Assembly: GCA_973895155.1 (NCBI GenBank)
Contig: OZ316892.1
Coordinates: 2,297,223 to 2,361,222, forward strand
DNA length: 64,000 bases
Direction: 5' to 3'
Source of the DNA: Marsupella aquatica
Lineage: Eukaryota > Plantae > Marchantiophyta
Part shown: one piece after another, positions 39,901 through 53,125 of the stretch
Layout: every line of letters begins with the position of its first letter
How positions within the stretch are numbered: the stretch's first letter is position 1
Made by a program: the position numbers and the translations under genes
Notes under the pieces: generated by a model
Seen by the model: only the letters and a program-made list of their open reading frames with translations
What the model was told of the DNA's origin: nothing
The model's database searches: none

Positions 39901-42900
39901 TATGATGTGTGTTGATTGTCTTCTTGGAGGGAAGGCAGAGCCTTAAGGTTCAAATTCATGGTACTAAATTGAATTGCCTGTAATCTTGTGACCTCCAATC
40001 TAGACGATACTTCTATTCGAATGTTAGAAAGGATCAAGTAACTATGTGCTAATGAAGAAACCTTACCTGGTTGCTGAGTGGCTTGTGTGCTTTAACTAGT
40101 GTCACATTTTTGACAAATGGTGGGGAAGCAGTTCAATGACACCTAATCATGAATTCCTCTTGTCCAATTTGCAGGATCTGTGGCACGAAAAAGCGGTTTT
40201 TCATTCGCAAGGAAGAGTGATGTTCAGATGGCGAGAAAGAGTACTACTGGTGCTGCCGATGATAATGACATTGACTCGGAAATTCAGGATGCGAAGGCTA
40301 GAGCGAGCAATACTTTTTCGGTAGCCTCCAGGAACTCAATGAATTCGGAAGATGCAAACGGTGTGGCCGCTAAGCGAGGCATGATATTGCCCTTCCAGCC
40401 ATTGTCCATCAGCTTTGACGATGTCCACTACTACGTTGATATGCCAGCAGTAAGTCTTTCTCTCCTTTCTCATCTGTTCAATTTCAATAGTCAAGACAAA
40501 GGATATTTGCCCTGTCTTGATTTCGTTGTGAATTGTGGACATAGTTTGATTCGAGCTCTTCAATTCTGAGAATGATGGGAACTGTTGGGCGTGCAGCAAA
40601 TGAAGGCACAGGGAGCTACCGAAGATAGGCTACACTTGTTGAGAGGAATCACAGGAGCTTTCAGGCCGGGACTTCTCACGGCTCTGGTCGGTGTGAGTGG
40701 AGCTGGGTAAGCACTGGTACAACTAATCTTGTCTAGTTTCGTGACTGAAGCGAAATTCATAGAACGACTGAGTTGATCCTATGGCGACAGAGGATTCGAA
40801 CATTTGTTACCAAGGATTAACAATTGAACTCGTCATAACCAAGCACATTGGTTATGACGAGCAGTTGAATCAACAATACCCAATGGGGTCTAAACATGCG
40901 GTGACGAAAATCCTAGCCTTCAGAGGACTGACGTCCAGTACCTCCAATATTGTGTTGCAGGAAGACAACCCTTATGGACGTTTTGGCAGGGAGGAAAACT
41001 GGAGGTTACATTGAGGGTGACATTCGAATTGCCGGTTTCCCCAAAGTTCAGGAGACCTTTGCCAGGATATCCGGGTATTGTGAGCAGACCGACATTCATT
41101 CTCCACAAGTCACAGTTCACGAATCCCTCACCTACAGCGCCTGGCTCCGGCTGGATGGATCGATTGATAATGACACCAAAACGGTATGTTTCTTCCACTT
41201 TCACACTTATTATAGATAGGATTTTTGCAACATCCTTTTGTGTACGACCGGCCACGTGGGGCTACTTCGAACCTAACATGAAATTCTATCATGGGTTTGA
41301 AACATTGATTCAAGCTGAGAGCGGGATTTACGTGGGCAATCCTGATCAATGTTTAACTGTTTACGTGTGTATATATTTCAGCAATTTGTGGATGAGGTGA
41401 TGGATTTGGTGGAGTTGACATCTCTCAAGGACGCACTGGTTGGGCTGCCCGGAGTCAGTGGTCTCTCCACAGAGCAGAGAAAACGTCTCACCGTTGCAGT
41501 GGAACTTGTCGCCAACCCATCCATTATTTTCATGGATGAGCCCACGTCTGGTCTGGACGCTCGTGCCGCTGCCATTGTGATGAGAACCGTGAGAAACACT
41601 GTGGACACTGGGCGAACTGTGGTGTGCACCATTCATCAACCAAGCATAGACATATTTGAAGCCTTCGACGAGTTGCTCCTCATGAAGCGTGGTGGGCAAG
41701 TAATCTACGCAGGTCCTCTTGGAAGACATTCCCATAGACTCGTGGAGTACTTTGAGGCTCTGCCTGGTGTCCCTAAAATCAAAGATGGGTACAATCCTGC
41801 CACTTGGATGCTGGAAGTTTCTTCTCCAGCAGTAGAGCATCGTCTGGCTGTGGATTTCGCTGACATCTATACAAGATCCTCACTCTTCAAGAGGAACAAG
41901 GGGTTGGTCGAGAGTCTCAAAACGCCTCCTGAGGGTGCGAAGGACTTGTGGTTCCCAAGCCAATACTCTCAGCCTTTCTACAAGCAAATGACTTCTTGCT
42001 TGTGGAAGCAGAAGCTGACTTACTGGCGTAGCCCTGATTACAATAATGTGCGGTTTATTTTTTCCTTGCTGGCTTCTGTGCTTTTCGGGACCCTGTTCTG
42101 GCAAATTGGCAAGAAAAGGTTGGTTACTATGTCACCTCTTTGTTATACCGCAAAGCAGTACACTATGAAACTGTATCTACCCACATTTCATTTTGTCATA
42201 ATGGGAGCCGCAGCAACTAGCAACAAAACTTGATACTATCCACTGTGCACTTAGTTGTGTTGCCACCATAGTAATAGGGAAGCCCTTGAGCACCTCTCAG
42301 CTCGAAGTTTTCCTTTCGAACTTAAAGATTTTGAAGTCTATTTGTTCGTGAGCGCTCTTGGAAAGTTGAGCTGGACAGTACCCACACGAAAGTTGAAGCT
42401 AAAGATAGAATTTGCTGCTTCGAATGGTACTAGCTGGCTTTTCTGATCACTACAATACTCGTGGGTGCTTGTGCAGGGGCACCCAATCTAGTATAACAGC
42501 AACTGGAGGAGCCTTAGTGGCCGCAGTGCTGTTCACTGGTATCAACAATGCGGCGACGGTCCAGCCCGTTGTGGCAACAGAGCGGACTGTGTTCTATAGA
42601 GAACGAGCTGCTGGGATGTATTCGGCTGCTCCGTACGCCATTGCTCAGGTACTGAAACTCCCTTCCTTGTTATAGCGTTGGAGTTAGTCTGAAGCTTCTG
42701 GATTACGAAAGTCCTACTCCTGCAGATCACTCTGAACTATGGGCCATGAAATACAGATAAAATCATGCTTCCTGTCATGGTGTTCTCTGTCCAAAAATTT
42801 GGCAAGAAGGCAAATCATTGTAGTATTTGGCCTTGGTGGGGCTCCCCTCACAACTTGGAGTTCAACTAGCTAGAGAGATGTCAGTCATCTTGGACAGGGC

Positions 42901-43691
42901 TCGGAAGATGCTTTTAACACATAAACCGTGGCAACTCAGGTGTTGATCGAATTTCCCTATCTCTTGATCATGGCCACCATGTTTTCGACGATCACGTATG
43001 CTATGATGGGTTTGCAATGGACAGCTGCCAAGTTTTTCTGGTACTTCTACTTTCTGTTTTTCTCCTACGCCTACTTCACCTTCTACGGTATGATGGCCGT
43101 CGGACTTACCCCGAATCACCAAATTTCAGCCGTTGTGGCCTCTTTCTTCTACCAAATTTGGAATATCTTCTCCGGCTACTTGATCCCACGGAAGGTGAGC
43201 TAATTTCTCCTTACCTGATCTCAAGACTCCAGAAACCCAATCTTCCGTTATTTCTGTAATTGCTCATGTCTGAAGTCAAGTTGTATACAAATTGTGTATT
43301 GACTCCGGAATGTCCAAGTGCGACAGTGGTATATGTTGGTTTCTAGAAGATCCCGTCTAAATCTGAACCCCTCACGAAATTGTCGATCGTAATTTGGAGT
43401 TTTTATTGTGTGCAGATAGCACCGCCCTGGGTAAGATGGTACTACTGGATCTCCCCCACTGCCTGGACTTTGTATGGTCTATTTGTCACGCAGTTCGGAG
43501 ACCTCCATACCCCACTGATATTCACGGACCCGAATCATGTAAAACAAACTGTGTCACAGTATATGGAAGATTATTATGGCTTTGAGACCCGTCTCCTCCC
43601 TCTTGCGGCCATCATGTCTTTGGTGTTCACCTTCCTCTTTGCTTTCGTTTTCATGCTATCCATTAAGTTCCTCAACTTCCAGACGAGATAA
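33995..43691 (+). CDS. Full-size ABCG (pleiotropic drug resistance, PDR) transporter, paralogue 1; 20 coding exons
   Basis: Exons: 33995-34437, 35257-35377, 35648-35736, 35956-36040, 36189-36351, 36554-36630, 36756-36809, 36939-37029, 37378-37961, 38216-38532, 38808-39075, 39269-39422, 39635-39778, 40175-40449, 40597-40706, 40961-41183, 41382-42118, 42477-42648, 42940-43194, 43416-43691, all GT-AG. Motifs: [88 protein letters not shown]-terminal LNFQTR. Confidence 0.97.
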
Positions 43692-44929
43692 AGAGTTAGG
43701 TGCGAGCTAGCAATCCGGCTTAGTGCCAGTGGTTTAGACTAGTTGATTATTGCCTACATTGCAATTTTTATGCTTAAGACAGCAGTGTAAAATTTTGATC
43801 ATCATGTAAATTAGTTGAACTTCCTCTTGTCAGATCCATTGAGAGGATTTGACCGGCCAGCTCGAGAAAGCTGTGTAAGAGTACCTTGAAACAGAGGTGG
43901 CTTGGCAAAACCGATTCTATTTGCCATAATCTACTATTGGTGAAGTCTAAGTAGGGTTTCTAAGCTCCAATACGGAGTTGCGGATGTTCCTCGGAACTGT
44001 GCTCGATGCAACCCACCGTAGAGGAACTATTGTTGAAATAGTATTGACTGTGGGGCTGGCCGCCCGATATGGCCCTGCTGCATCCCGAACTGGGGGCGGA
44101 TTTGTATTCGTGTGAAACCCAGCAAATGCTGACTACATAAAGTAATCCGCGTTCATGTTCATGGATGAAATTGTGAGACCGACAAACAGCCGAAAACAGT
44201 TAAGGTTTCTTACAGAGTCTGCATGCATTCAGTTCTGTTCAGGGGGCTTTCAATACAGAGTTGATATTTGCTCGAAGGTCCTTGTCCAGGAGTCGTGTGC
44301 CTTGGATTGAGCAATGTACACTTCGAGCCATTTAGAGTCGTTTGTTGGACTCTTAGACCTGAATCACTGCGTGAAGATGATGCAAAGCTCCAATAGGGGG
44401 CTATTGCCAGTTGCTCATGTGTCCCTCTCCAACTGACACTTGCATTACTTGCAGCGCATTTTTACACCTTAACCTTGCAGTAGGTTGGCTCGTGAGATTC
44501 ATGAGATGTTATGAGAGAATGGAGTGTGCCTGCAGATGTGGGTGCTCATGAGACAACATCCATCGTTTCAAATAAAACACGGAGTTAATGGTCACTTACG
44601 ATAGAAAATATATATGCTTCAATCGGGCGTTCTAAGACATCTCTGCTTTCTTGAAGTAGAAAACTTCTGGTTGGAGAGAAAGAGGAGCTGTGACGAGCTT
44701 GATGTGGTTGTATTTCAGCTCTGCCCACTGAAGAAGCCAAAACCCTAGCAGCTGCAAACTGGTTCCCTGATTATCTTTGTTTGAGTTCGTCGGTAGTGTA
44801 TGTGAGGAGCTATGGAAAATTCACTTAAGTGGCGTTTGTCTGTATCAGGTATTGTTTTGTAAGTGGTGAGAGTCTAAATAGGTAAAGAATTGTCTGCCAC
44901 TTTCATGGATGTTCCACTCTGTTTGTAGC

Positions 44930-45105
44930 GGACACATCTTGTGACTACCCACTTAAGGAAGGCACATCTTGTGACTACCTTCTTAAACCACAACTGCCCT
45001 TCAAAAGCTACCCACTTAAGGAAACAAGGCATCAGAATCTGTTTGTCGCCGGCACATCTTGTGACTACCTTCTTAAACCACAACTGCCCTTCAAAAGCTA
45101 CCGGA
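44930..45105. repeat. Local direct repeats with 90-bp period
   Basis: GGCACATCTTGTGACTACCTTCTTAACCACAACTGCCCTTCAAAAGCTACC at 44961 and 45051, with a partial copy at about 44933. Confidence 0.85.
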
Positions 45106-45580
45106 TATCTGTGGTTACCATTAAAAGTAGATTTTTCCTGAAATTGTGGAGCAAACTGGCACGCTAGAGGAGAAGAGTGATTGAAATGTGGAAAAAGGGG
45201 GAAGTCTTGGACACTTCCCCTTATATAGGGCAAGTTGTGGTTTAAGGAAACAAGGCATCAGAAATTACCATCTCGGGAAGCCAACTTAAAGGTAAGACCC
45301 CATTTTCTAGAGATGAGCATCCTTTTGAAGCTATCTTAAGGTTATAAGGCACATCCCCAACAGAAGTAGGGACTCATGTTATGACACTTTGAAGTAATTA
45401 AGAGACACTTGAGGCAATGCACCCTGACCAAGCAGTGGCACCATGTTGGGAGTTGGTCATGCTCTGTGCCTGGCCAAGTAGGACGGCACAGGCCTTGTTA
45501 TACCACTAAGCCCAAGTACTCGAGAGGGCATAATCTTCAGCCCCAAACTTTGTTGGCTACCGTTAAAGCGTTGCAGTCAA

Positions 45581-45840
45581 CATTCCAATGGATACCTTTG
45601 AGGGTAGGCCCAACTGACATGTTAAGCTCTTCAGTTGGGAGCCAACTCATAAGATACCAAAGCTGATTGGGGGTGGCGAGTCCCTTGAAACATTCCAATG
45701 GATACCTTGAGGGAAGGCCTAATTGACATGTTAAGCTCTTCAGTTGGGAGCCAACTCATAAGAGACCAAAGCTGATTGGGGGTGGCAGGTCCCTTGAAAC
45801 ATGGCAGGCTCCTTGAAACATGGCAGGTCCCTTCAACATA
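45581..45840. repeat. Tandem duplication of about 110 bp plus short TGGCAGG..CCTTGAAACA repeats
   Basis: CATTCCAATGGATACCTT...GATTGGGGGTGGC at 45581 and 45691. The motif CCAAAGCTG.T.GGGGGTGGCAGGTCC also occurs at about 53341. Confidence 0.85.
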
Positions 45841-46252
45841 TATGAGAAACATATATGAGTGAAGTACCCCTGGTGAAGCAAACATGCAATATATGAGGAA
45901 AGTACCCCTCACTTGGCTTTCCTTGTAACTGGGAAGCAAACATGGCTGCAATGAAAATAAAGTAGTGTGGACTTGCCAATCTAAGACAACAGTCTTTTAG
46001 ACCATAGTTGCACTCCCTTAGATCATATTGCACTGGAGGAGAGAATTCAGTGCAGGTTAGAGGGGATAGATTGACATAGCATGGTGAATGTCAATCCAGA
46101 CAGGATCGCATGATTGGCTCAATGCACCCTCTCTGCATGAACTTGAGCGAAGTTGAGGATCTTTGAGAGTATCCTTTTGTGCACTAAATGATTTATTGAG
46201 GGCAAGAGATAGGGAGACTAGAGCTCGCTAGAAGTTACTCGCTAGAATTTAC

Positions 46253-48167
46253 ATTAACAAGCAACAAAGGTTTGTAGTCACCAACAGAGTGTTGGATTAG
46301 AAGATGAACAGGCCCTTTCCCAGGGAAGTAACCGAGCCATTCCCAATATTGATAATTGGTAGGGGATCATCATCTTCGTCAGCAAAGAGACTTAGGTTGT
46401 TGCAGAAATGATGACTAGCACCCGAGTCGGCAATCCATAAATTTGCAGAGGACTTGTTTTGCAGATGATTGGTTGCATCATGACCAAACTGAGCATAATA
46501 GCTTGCAAAAATGTCACAGTTAGTCTCCTCTATGGATGTCAAGGCTGGCGCCTGTACATGATTGAGATGTCAAGCAGGAGTACAGCTTCGATTTTGTATT
46601 CTCTGCAAGACTGCATGATTTGGCTGCCAGTGGTCAGGACATAAATTGACGTGCGCGTAGAAGCAGCAGTCTGCACCATGACTAGGAAGTTGACAAGTGG
46701 TGCAAACATCTGGCCTGCCTGGCTTGAGTCACTTGTTCATAGGAGTCGTCACAGCAGGAACTCAATTGGTGAGGACTTGACGTGCAACACGTTCACTTTG
46801 CCTGCGGATTCATCAACCACTTCGTTAATGAGAGCACTGAGAGTGGGAAGATTCTTGGGATCATGTCTTATCTGGTCCCGTTTATTTGTTGTCCAGTGTT
46901 CAAAGTGAGTGTCACAAATGATGACGAAGTGAAGAACTTGAATCTTTTCTTGAGTGACCATCCCAACAGCAATGCATTTATCAACGGCAGCACAAAATTT
47001 GGCACAAAACTTTTCAATCTCTTTGCCTTCATACTTGCAGTGGACAAAATTAGCCCAGATATCCTGCAAATGAATCAATCCATCAACCTAGTAAGTAGCG
47101 AGTAGCTTTTCCTAGCAATCCTTGGCTAGGGAAATGTCAACAAGTGTTTGCTGAATGTGAGGGTATGCAGGATGAAAGAATAATATTGCGAGCTTGTGCG
47201 GTTTGGGAGTGAAAAACTTCTAAATGCTCAGCAAATTGATACTCCTTTTCAGTAGGATCTCTAGTCGGTTCAGTCGTAGTCACATCGACAAACTTCCAGG
47301 CACTGGAGGCCTTGAGTGTGGAAGTACCATGCGGGAAAATTGAGACTACATTCCAGCTTAGGTATGAGATGGCTGTAAGTTGTAGCCTACGGAGGTACAT
47401 ACTCATCCAGAAGTTGGAAAATTATGTCAACAACGAAACGAAAATACGAGAGAAGTCAATATATCTATACAAGTAAAGCAAATGTGAGAATACTATGATA
47501 GAGGGTGATGAGTACACATTTTTGGCCCATAACTAATGACTAAAGCATAGTTACGCGCTCAAACATAGGAAAAATACAAACCCGCACAATGCATTGAATG
47601 GCATGAGAGGAGACCCTCAAGTAGAGGCGCTCCATCTAAGAAATACAAAGGTGCAGGAGCAGCCCAAGGGATCAGCACACACAGGTGACTAGCACAAACA
47701 GGTGGCGTGGCTGCCCAGTACACAAAGGGCTGGCCGCATCCCGCTTGTCACAGTCAAGACTTAGGAGTTGGAAGGTAGATTTAATTCAAATCCTTGCTCT
47801 TTGATGCTGATTGAATTTAAATCTGACTACTTATGACTAGTCTGAGGCTAATATTCTATCTGACATGTAAAGCTAGTCCTAATATTAATATCTTACTGTC
47901 ACTAGTCAGAAGGCTAATATTCTATCTGACATGTAAAGCTAATCCTAATATTAAGATCATACTGATGCTGATTGAATTTAAATTTGACTACTTATGACTA
48001 GTCTGAGGCTAATACCCTATCTGACATGTAAAGCTAGTCCTAATATTAAGATCTTACTGTCACTAGTCAGAAGGCTAATACCCTATCTGACATGTAAAGC
48101 TAGTCCTAATATTAAGATCATAATTAGTGTCACTAGTCAGAATGTAGGGAATCAGTCTGAGTAGTCA
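46253..48167 (-). mobile_element. Truncated Copia-type retrotransposon: 5' LTR, PBS, decayed gag and protease
   Basis: LTR candidate 47537-48167 is bounded by inverted termini TGACTA...TAGTCA. On the minus strand it is followed by tt-AGTTATGGGCC (47524-47534). Gag-like fragments lie at 46749-47406 and the protease motif LWIADSGASHHFC...INIGNGS at about 46320-46445. No INT or RT follows. Confidence 0.8.
47802..48140. repeat. Nested tandem repeat inside the LTR: 161-bp unit x2, each containing two related subunits
   Basis: TGATGCTGATTGAATTTAAAT at 47802 and 47963. AGGCTAATA..CTATCTGACATGTAAAGCTA.TCCTAATATTAA occurs four times. Confidence 0.9.
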
Positions 48168-50603
48168 TTCACAGTGAGAAGACTAGAGCTCGCTAGAATT
48201 TACTCGTGCCTGAATTCAACTCTTTCGATCGAAGTGGTGCTGAGCTGAGTCCGATTGAGGAAGAATCAGGAGTCACAAATAAGAGTCGAATTGTAAGAAG
48301 AAATACTTCTCCCTTGAATGAGACAGATCAGGCAATCATCGTCAGGCAATCATCGTTTTCCAAGTTGATCGAAGTAGTGTTGCAAGGAATAACCGGATAG
48401 CTTATATACATAATCGCAAGAAATAACAGATAGCATGTATAGATAATCCGAGCCGAGCATGAAGCGATATGTACGTTGACCATGCCTGGGAGCTTGGAAC
48501 CCGTAAGAGCGGGCAGGATTAATGTCATCCAAGTTTGACAGATTGATGACCATTCGACAAACACATAATGAGAACACCCGAGGCAGTTACGGTTGATTGG
48601 CAATGGAGCTATCATATGAGGTAACTTTTGGTATGAAGGATAAATTTGTTCTGAACGAGTCGCTCGGAGTTCAGAGGGCAAGCAGTCCATTCCAGCCTTG
48701 CAGAAGTGGAGTCGTTCATTTCCATCCATCTGACTAAGTTATTTGATTGGTTCGACGGATCGACCTTCGACTGCTTCGTGGATCACTTCGATTGTGCCTG
48801 CAGACGAATACCTGCGCCGATCCACTGCTCTGAATTGATCTATAACTCAGCTCAAACGTATACAAGCCTACATTTACAAAGATTAGCCAGCTGGCTTAGG
48901 AGGAGAAAGTTAACAAAAATTGGATGCCTCAAGGACTCTCGTTGTAGGGAGAAACAGTTGACAGGAAGGTTCAGAACATGACGGCTAACGCGAAACGAAG
49001 AAACAGACAGTGACGGTATCCTTCTCCGACTGGGAGGGAAAAAGCTTAGGGACCATGCATGCTCTGTGCAATGATTCTGCTACTAATTACCGTCATCCTG
49101 AACTTGGATTTTCAGGTCGAGCGCACAATTGCCATCATCCTGGTAGCTCGGTATTCTCTAAAGCTGCGCTTCTTCAGCTCCATGAGTGCGAGTGCTCCAC
49201 ACAAAGGCTGGCACAACTTGATGTTGGAGGAACCAATAATTTCGTCACAAGCACTCTAATAAGTCTCTTACTAACCCAAGAACAGACCACTGCGCTGTTT
49301 GGCCGGAGGAATATAAGGTCAAAATGATTGTTTGATCATTCACGTGCTCCATCCATCCTGGTTTTCAATTTTGGGCTTTGATGACATTTGATTTCCTGAG
49401 GTCCAGTATTTTGGGAATCTGGAGTACTAATCCAAGTCTTATGTAGGTGTCTTCTCATGTCGTGGTCTGGGTAGCTTTATCCGTTTTCAAGGGTGTTGGA
49501 ACAGGTACCCCTTTTGGTATCTTGGGCACCCACCTCCTTGACTGCAGGCTTCTAGCGGTTTTAGTGTTGGTGAATTTTAGCCAAAATCTTACCATTCACT
49601 CATTGAATTTGTTTTTAGAAACCTAAACCCATGCAAACTGGCTTGAACGGCAAACCCTTCTTTTTAATCCTTATCTCTCATATGCTCGAGCTACCATGAC
49701 AAAAGAAGAATGTAGAAATTCTGGCAGAAAATCAAGGATGAGAGGGCGACTTGCTAGATGAAATAGTTCAGATTAAATCAAGGAAAACTGACAGGTTAAC
49801 AAGAATCTGTATGTAGCTGACAAAAATACCTCTCCTGCAATGCGAGAAGTTAGTGGTGGAAATGCCCCTTCCCCAAAACTATTATAAATAATAGACTGAC
49901 TGCTACATTCAAACGAGACGAGCAATTTATGAGCATAGTTATTATGACACTTGCCATCTTGGGAGTTTTGTCCATTTTTTGCATCTCGTTCTTCAGTGTC
50001 AGGATATGAAGCTACTTGGGCTTTGGGCTCCGCCTCTTTTTCAACAATAAAAATAAAATGACATGAGCTACATCTTTATTTGAAATGTTTCTTTTGGAGT
50101 AGATTCTTCAATTTATGAAACATCTATTAAAACATTCTGTAGATCCAAGATTACATGGATTTAGTGTACAAAGACTTTGGTTTCATACAAGGAGGATTTG
50201 GGGATTCTAGCGGAGCCCATAAGTTTGGATAAAGACCCCATCTGAGCTTACGACTACCGTCTTGCGACTCCCAACGAGTTACGGCACCCATCGAAGTTAA
50301 TATCCTAGCAAAGGAAAGAAAACGAGAAAACATTCTCACACTGGACCACGAATAGTACGTTTAAGGGCTGTCTAAAATTAAGTCGGATGCGTTGGTCCCA
50401 TGATTGGAAACAAATCGCTAGAAACGGGAGTATTAACAGACGAACATGCTTCCCAAATCCCAATCAATAACGTTCTCAAACGTACTCTCTCTCAGTCTGA
50501 GCTAGAATGATGTTCTACCGATTTAACTTGATGATGCCGAAATGAATCACAGTCCGTAAAGTCACTCCACGATGGAGGTATTCTATGTTGCGAGCAAACA
50601 GGA

Positions 50604-50695
50604 GATTTTGATAGCGAGCAGATTTTGATAGCGAGACAATAATGGTTCCAAATTTCAGATTTTGATAGCGAGACAATAATGGTTCCAAATTTCAG
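50604..50695. repeat. Short tandem duplication
   Basis: AGATTTTGATAGCGAG occurs three times; two copies extend with ACAATAATGGTTCCAAATTTCAG. Confidence 0.85.
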
Positions 50696-51951
50696 TTGCT
50701 TTTCGGTGCCCTTTACATTTTTTGTGTTTTTTTAAGGATTCCAGATTGCTAGCGAGCTCGCTAGCAAAAAGGGAGTCCCCAAAAGGGATGTTACCAACCA
50801 GGTAGTTGATAGCCAGACACTTGCATGTAGAAAAATAAGGGTCATGCAGGATTATTTTTTGCTCGTGCGAGTAAAATTTTTACTGTTTGCTCGCACGTTA
50901 CAATTACCCCATCGTTGTACTCAATTAACTACATGATGCCGAATGGATACGATTCTAGCTAGCTGTAAACTCTCCACACTTTTCCGCTTGGGTTCGGTTC
51001 GGTTCCCATGGCTACAGTAGCTGGAGAGCCGTGAGGTCATGGCCACCTCACGGAGCTTGTTGACGACTCGGCAGTGATTAAATATAGCTCATGTGTCCAG
51101 TCGGTCAAGCGCTCAAGCACAAGCGACAATCTCTCCAGCTGCTCGAGGTTGGGTCAGATGAGATGAACCACAAATTGTGGGTTCCTCATTATTTGCTTTT
51201 ATGAATGTGGTATGGACTCAAGAGTCCACCGTGAGGTCTTCATGTATCCAGCCCTGACATCACTCGACCTCTATGGTGAGGTCAACAAGGGCGAGACTGA
51301 TGACAGAAGCCAAGAGCAGCCACTATACGTCATTCGTGAAGCACTTTACATCATGGGCTGTTGTTTGATTATCCGATCATGATATTATATGATTGACGAT
51401 ATAGCGCAGCCTCTTCGGAATAGTACAGTCAGCTCCCGTTAAGTGCACACGCCCTTGACGAAGCATCTTGTTTGCACTTAACTAGGGTTGCACTAATTTA
51501 CAAAGTTCAAAAACTTGGAATTTGTTCTTTATACATAGAACTGCCAAAGGAACAAAAAGGCCTAATGGGGGAGACATCATACCCAGGTTTGACCTGATGG
51601 GCAACTTGATGCCTTGCCCGACACATACAATTGTCAAATGATGGTCTAAAAATGGTCCATTTGACACATAATCTGAGTTATTCCCAAACTTTCCTGAACT
51701 CCATCCTGGGGTTGAGGCCTAGGTTGGGGTTGGGGCCGGCCGGGTGGGTGGGGGACCGGGTGACAGCATGACGGGATGATGGGGTAGAGACCCCCAATAT
51801 GCCCGTCATGGCCAAATCGGGCATCATACTAAATGGGCAAAACCCCAATGAAGGAGGAAAACAAAGGAAAAAACCTGAAAAACCCAAAAGCCAAAAAGTC
51901 AAGGACCTTGAAATTAATAAGAGTGTATGCTTTAGATTTCTTTATTGTACA

Positions 51952-52300
51952 CTAGCTCAATACTTGTGAGTTGCACAAAAGATGTAGTGTCGGCCAAGAT
52001 GTTGTTGAGAGAAAAGATATCCTATTGGCCAAAACGTCATTGAGAACGAAAAATGTCGTGTCGGCCCAAGATGTCAATAAGAAAATAGAGGTCGTGTCCG
52101 GGGTCATGTTGCCAATGATGTTGTTATGTAAAAGATGTCATTACAAACAGAAGTTGTGTCGCCAAAGAAGTCATTATGTAAACAATATCATCAAGTAAAA
52201 AGATGTCATTAAAACAAAGAAGTTGCCGGTCACCAAAGAAGTTGTTAATATGTGAAAGATGTTGTTAAAAAGATATCAAGTAAAGAGATGTTATTAAAAA
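51952..52300 (-). mobile_element. Helitron 3' end and 17-bp array (third copy; 5' end not found)
   Basis: Minus strand TTGTGCAACTCACAAGTATTGAGCTAG|T (TTGTG/CACAA stem); about 20 degenerate AAAGATGT(T/C).. units follow. Confidence 0.72.
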
Positions 52301-52831
52301 GAGTCGGGCAGGGGAGAAGGGAAGAGGGAGGGAATGGGGCGAGGCAAGGCCGGCCCGGGTCAGTGGGGCCGGGAAGGGGGGTGGTGGGAGGTTGACCGCA
52401 AGAGTGTGCAACAGTCTACAGTTGGTGCGCGGGGCAACTGAAGGCAGTAGGGTGGTCGCCCTACTCGTAGTAGAGGCTGGCCGCACAACATTTACTTGCC
52501 TTGGCTCGGTGATTTTACTTGATCGCGATCAGACGGCAGTTGACCTCAGGAGCTGGTGTGAGGGCCATTTTTGGTCACTATTGCTTTGGTTTTTTTCCAT
52601 ATTGAATTTCTTTCACCCAAAATGGCCCTGTAAATTCAAACGTAAATTAGTCGCAAATACAACTTTCACCTACTCGTAATTTCTCCAACGTTGCCTAACT
52701 CCAGCGTTGAGCCCCTCTTAGATTTGCTACCATCATGGCCAGTAGGGATGCGACTAACAAAGAGGAGGCTAGTAAGAGCAAGGACAAAAGTTTCGGCAAT
52801 CACGCTCCAATTTAGCTCTATTGGACTCGTT

Positions 52832-53125
52832 GCCGATCGTGAAAAAATAATTTATTTTTCCAATGGATCACCATAGGGGCCCAAGAAACCCCACATGAGC
52901 CCAATTATGGGGCCACATAATTCTTGACCAACGGACCTTAGAGGGGCCAAAAGTTATGGCCGATTCAAGTTGCATGCTTATAGTTTGGGCCCGTGGCCGA
53001 TCATGGAAAAATAAAATATTTCCAACGGACCACCATAGGGGCTCAAGAAACCCCACATGAGCCCAATCATGGGGCCATGTATTTCTCAGCCAACGGACCC
53101 AGTGGCCAAAAGTTATGACCGATTT
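52832..53125. repeat. Tandem duplication of about 165 bp
   Basis: GCCGATC.TG.AAAAATAA...CACCATAGGGG..CAAGAAACCCCACATGAGCCCAAT.ATGGGGCCA...CAACGGACC...GGCCAAAAGTTATG.CCGATT at about 52832 and 52996. Confidence 0.85.
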
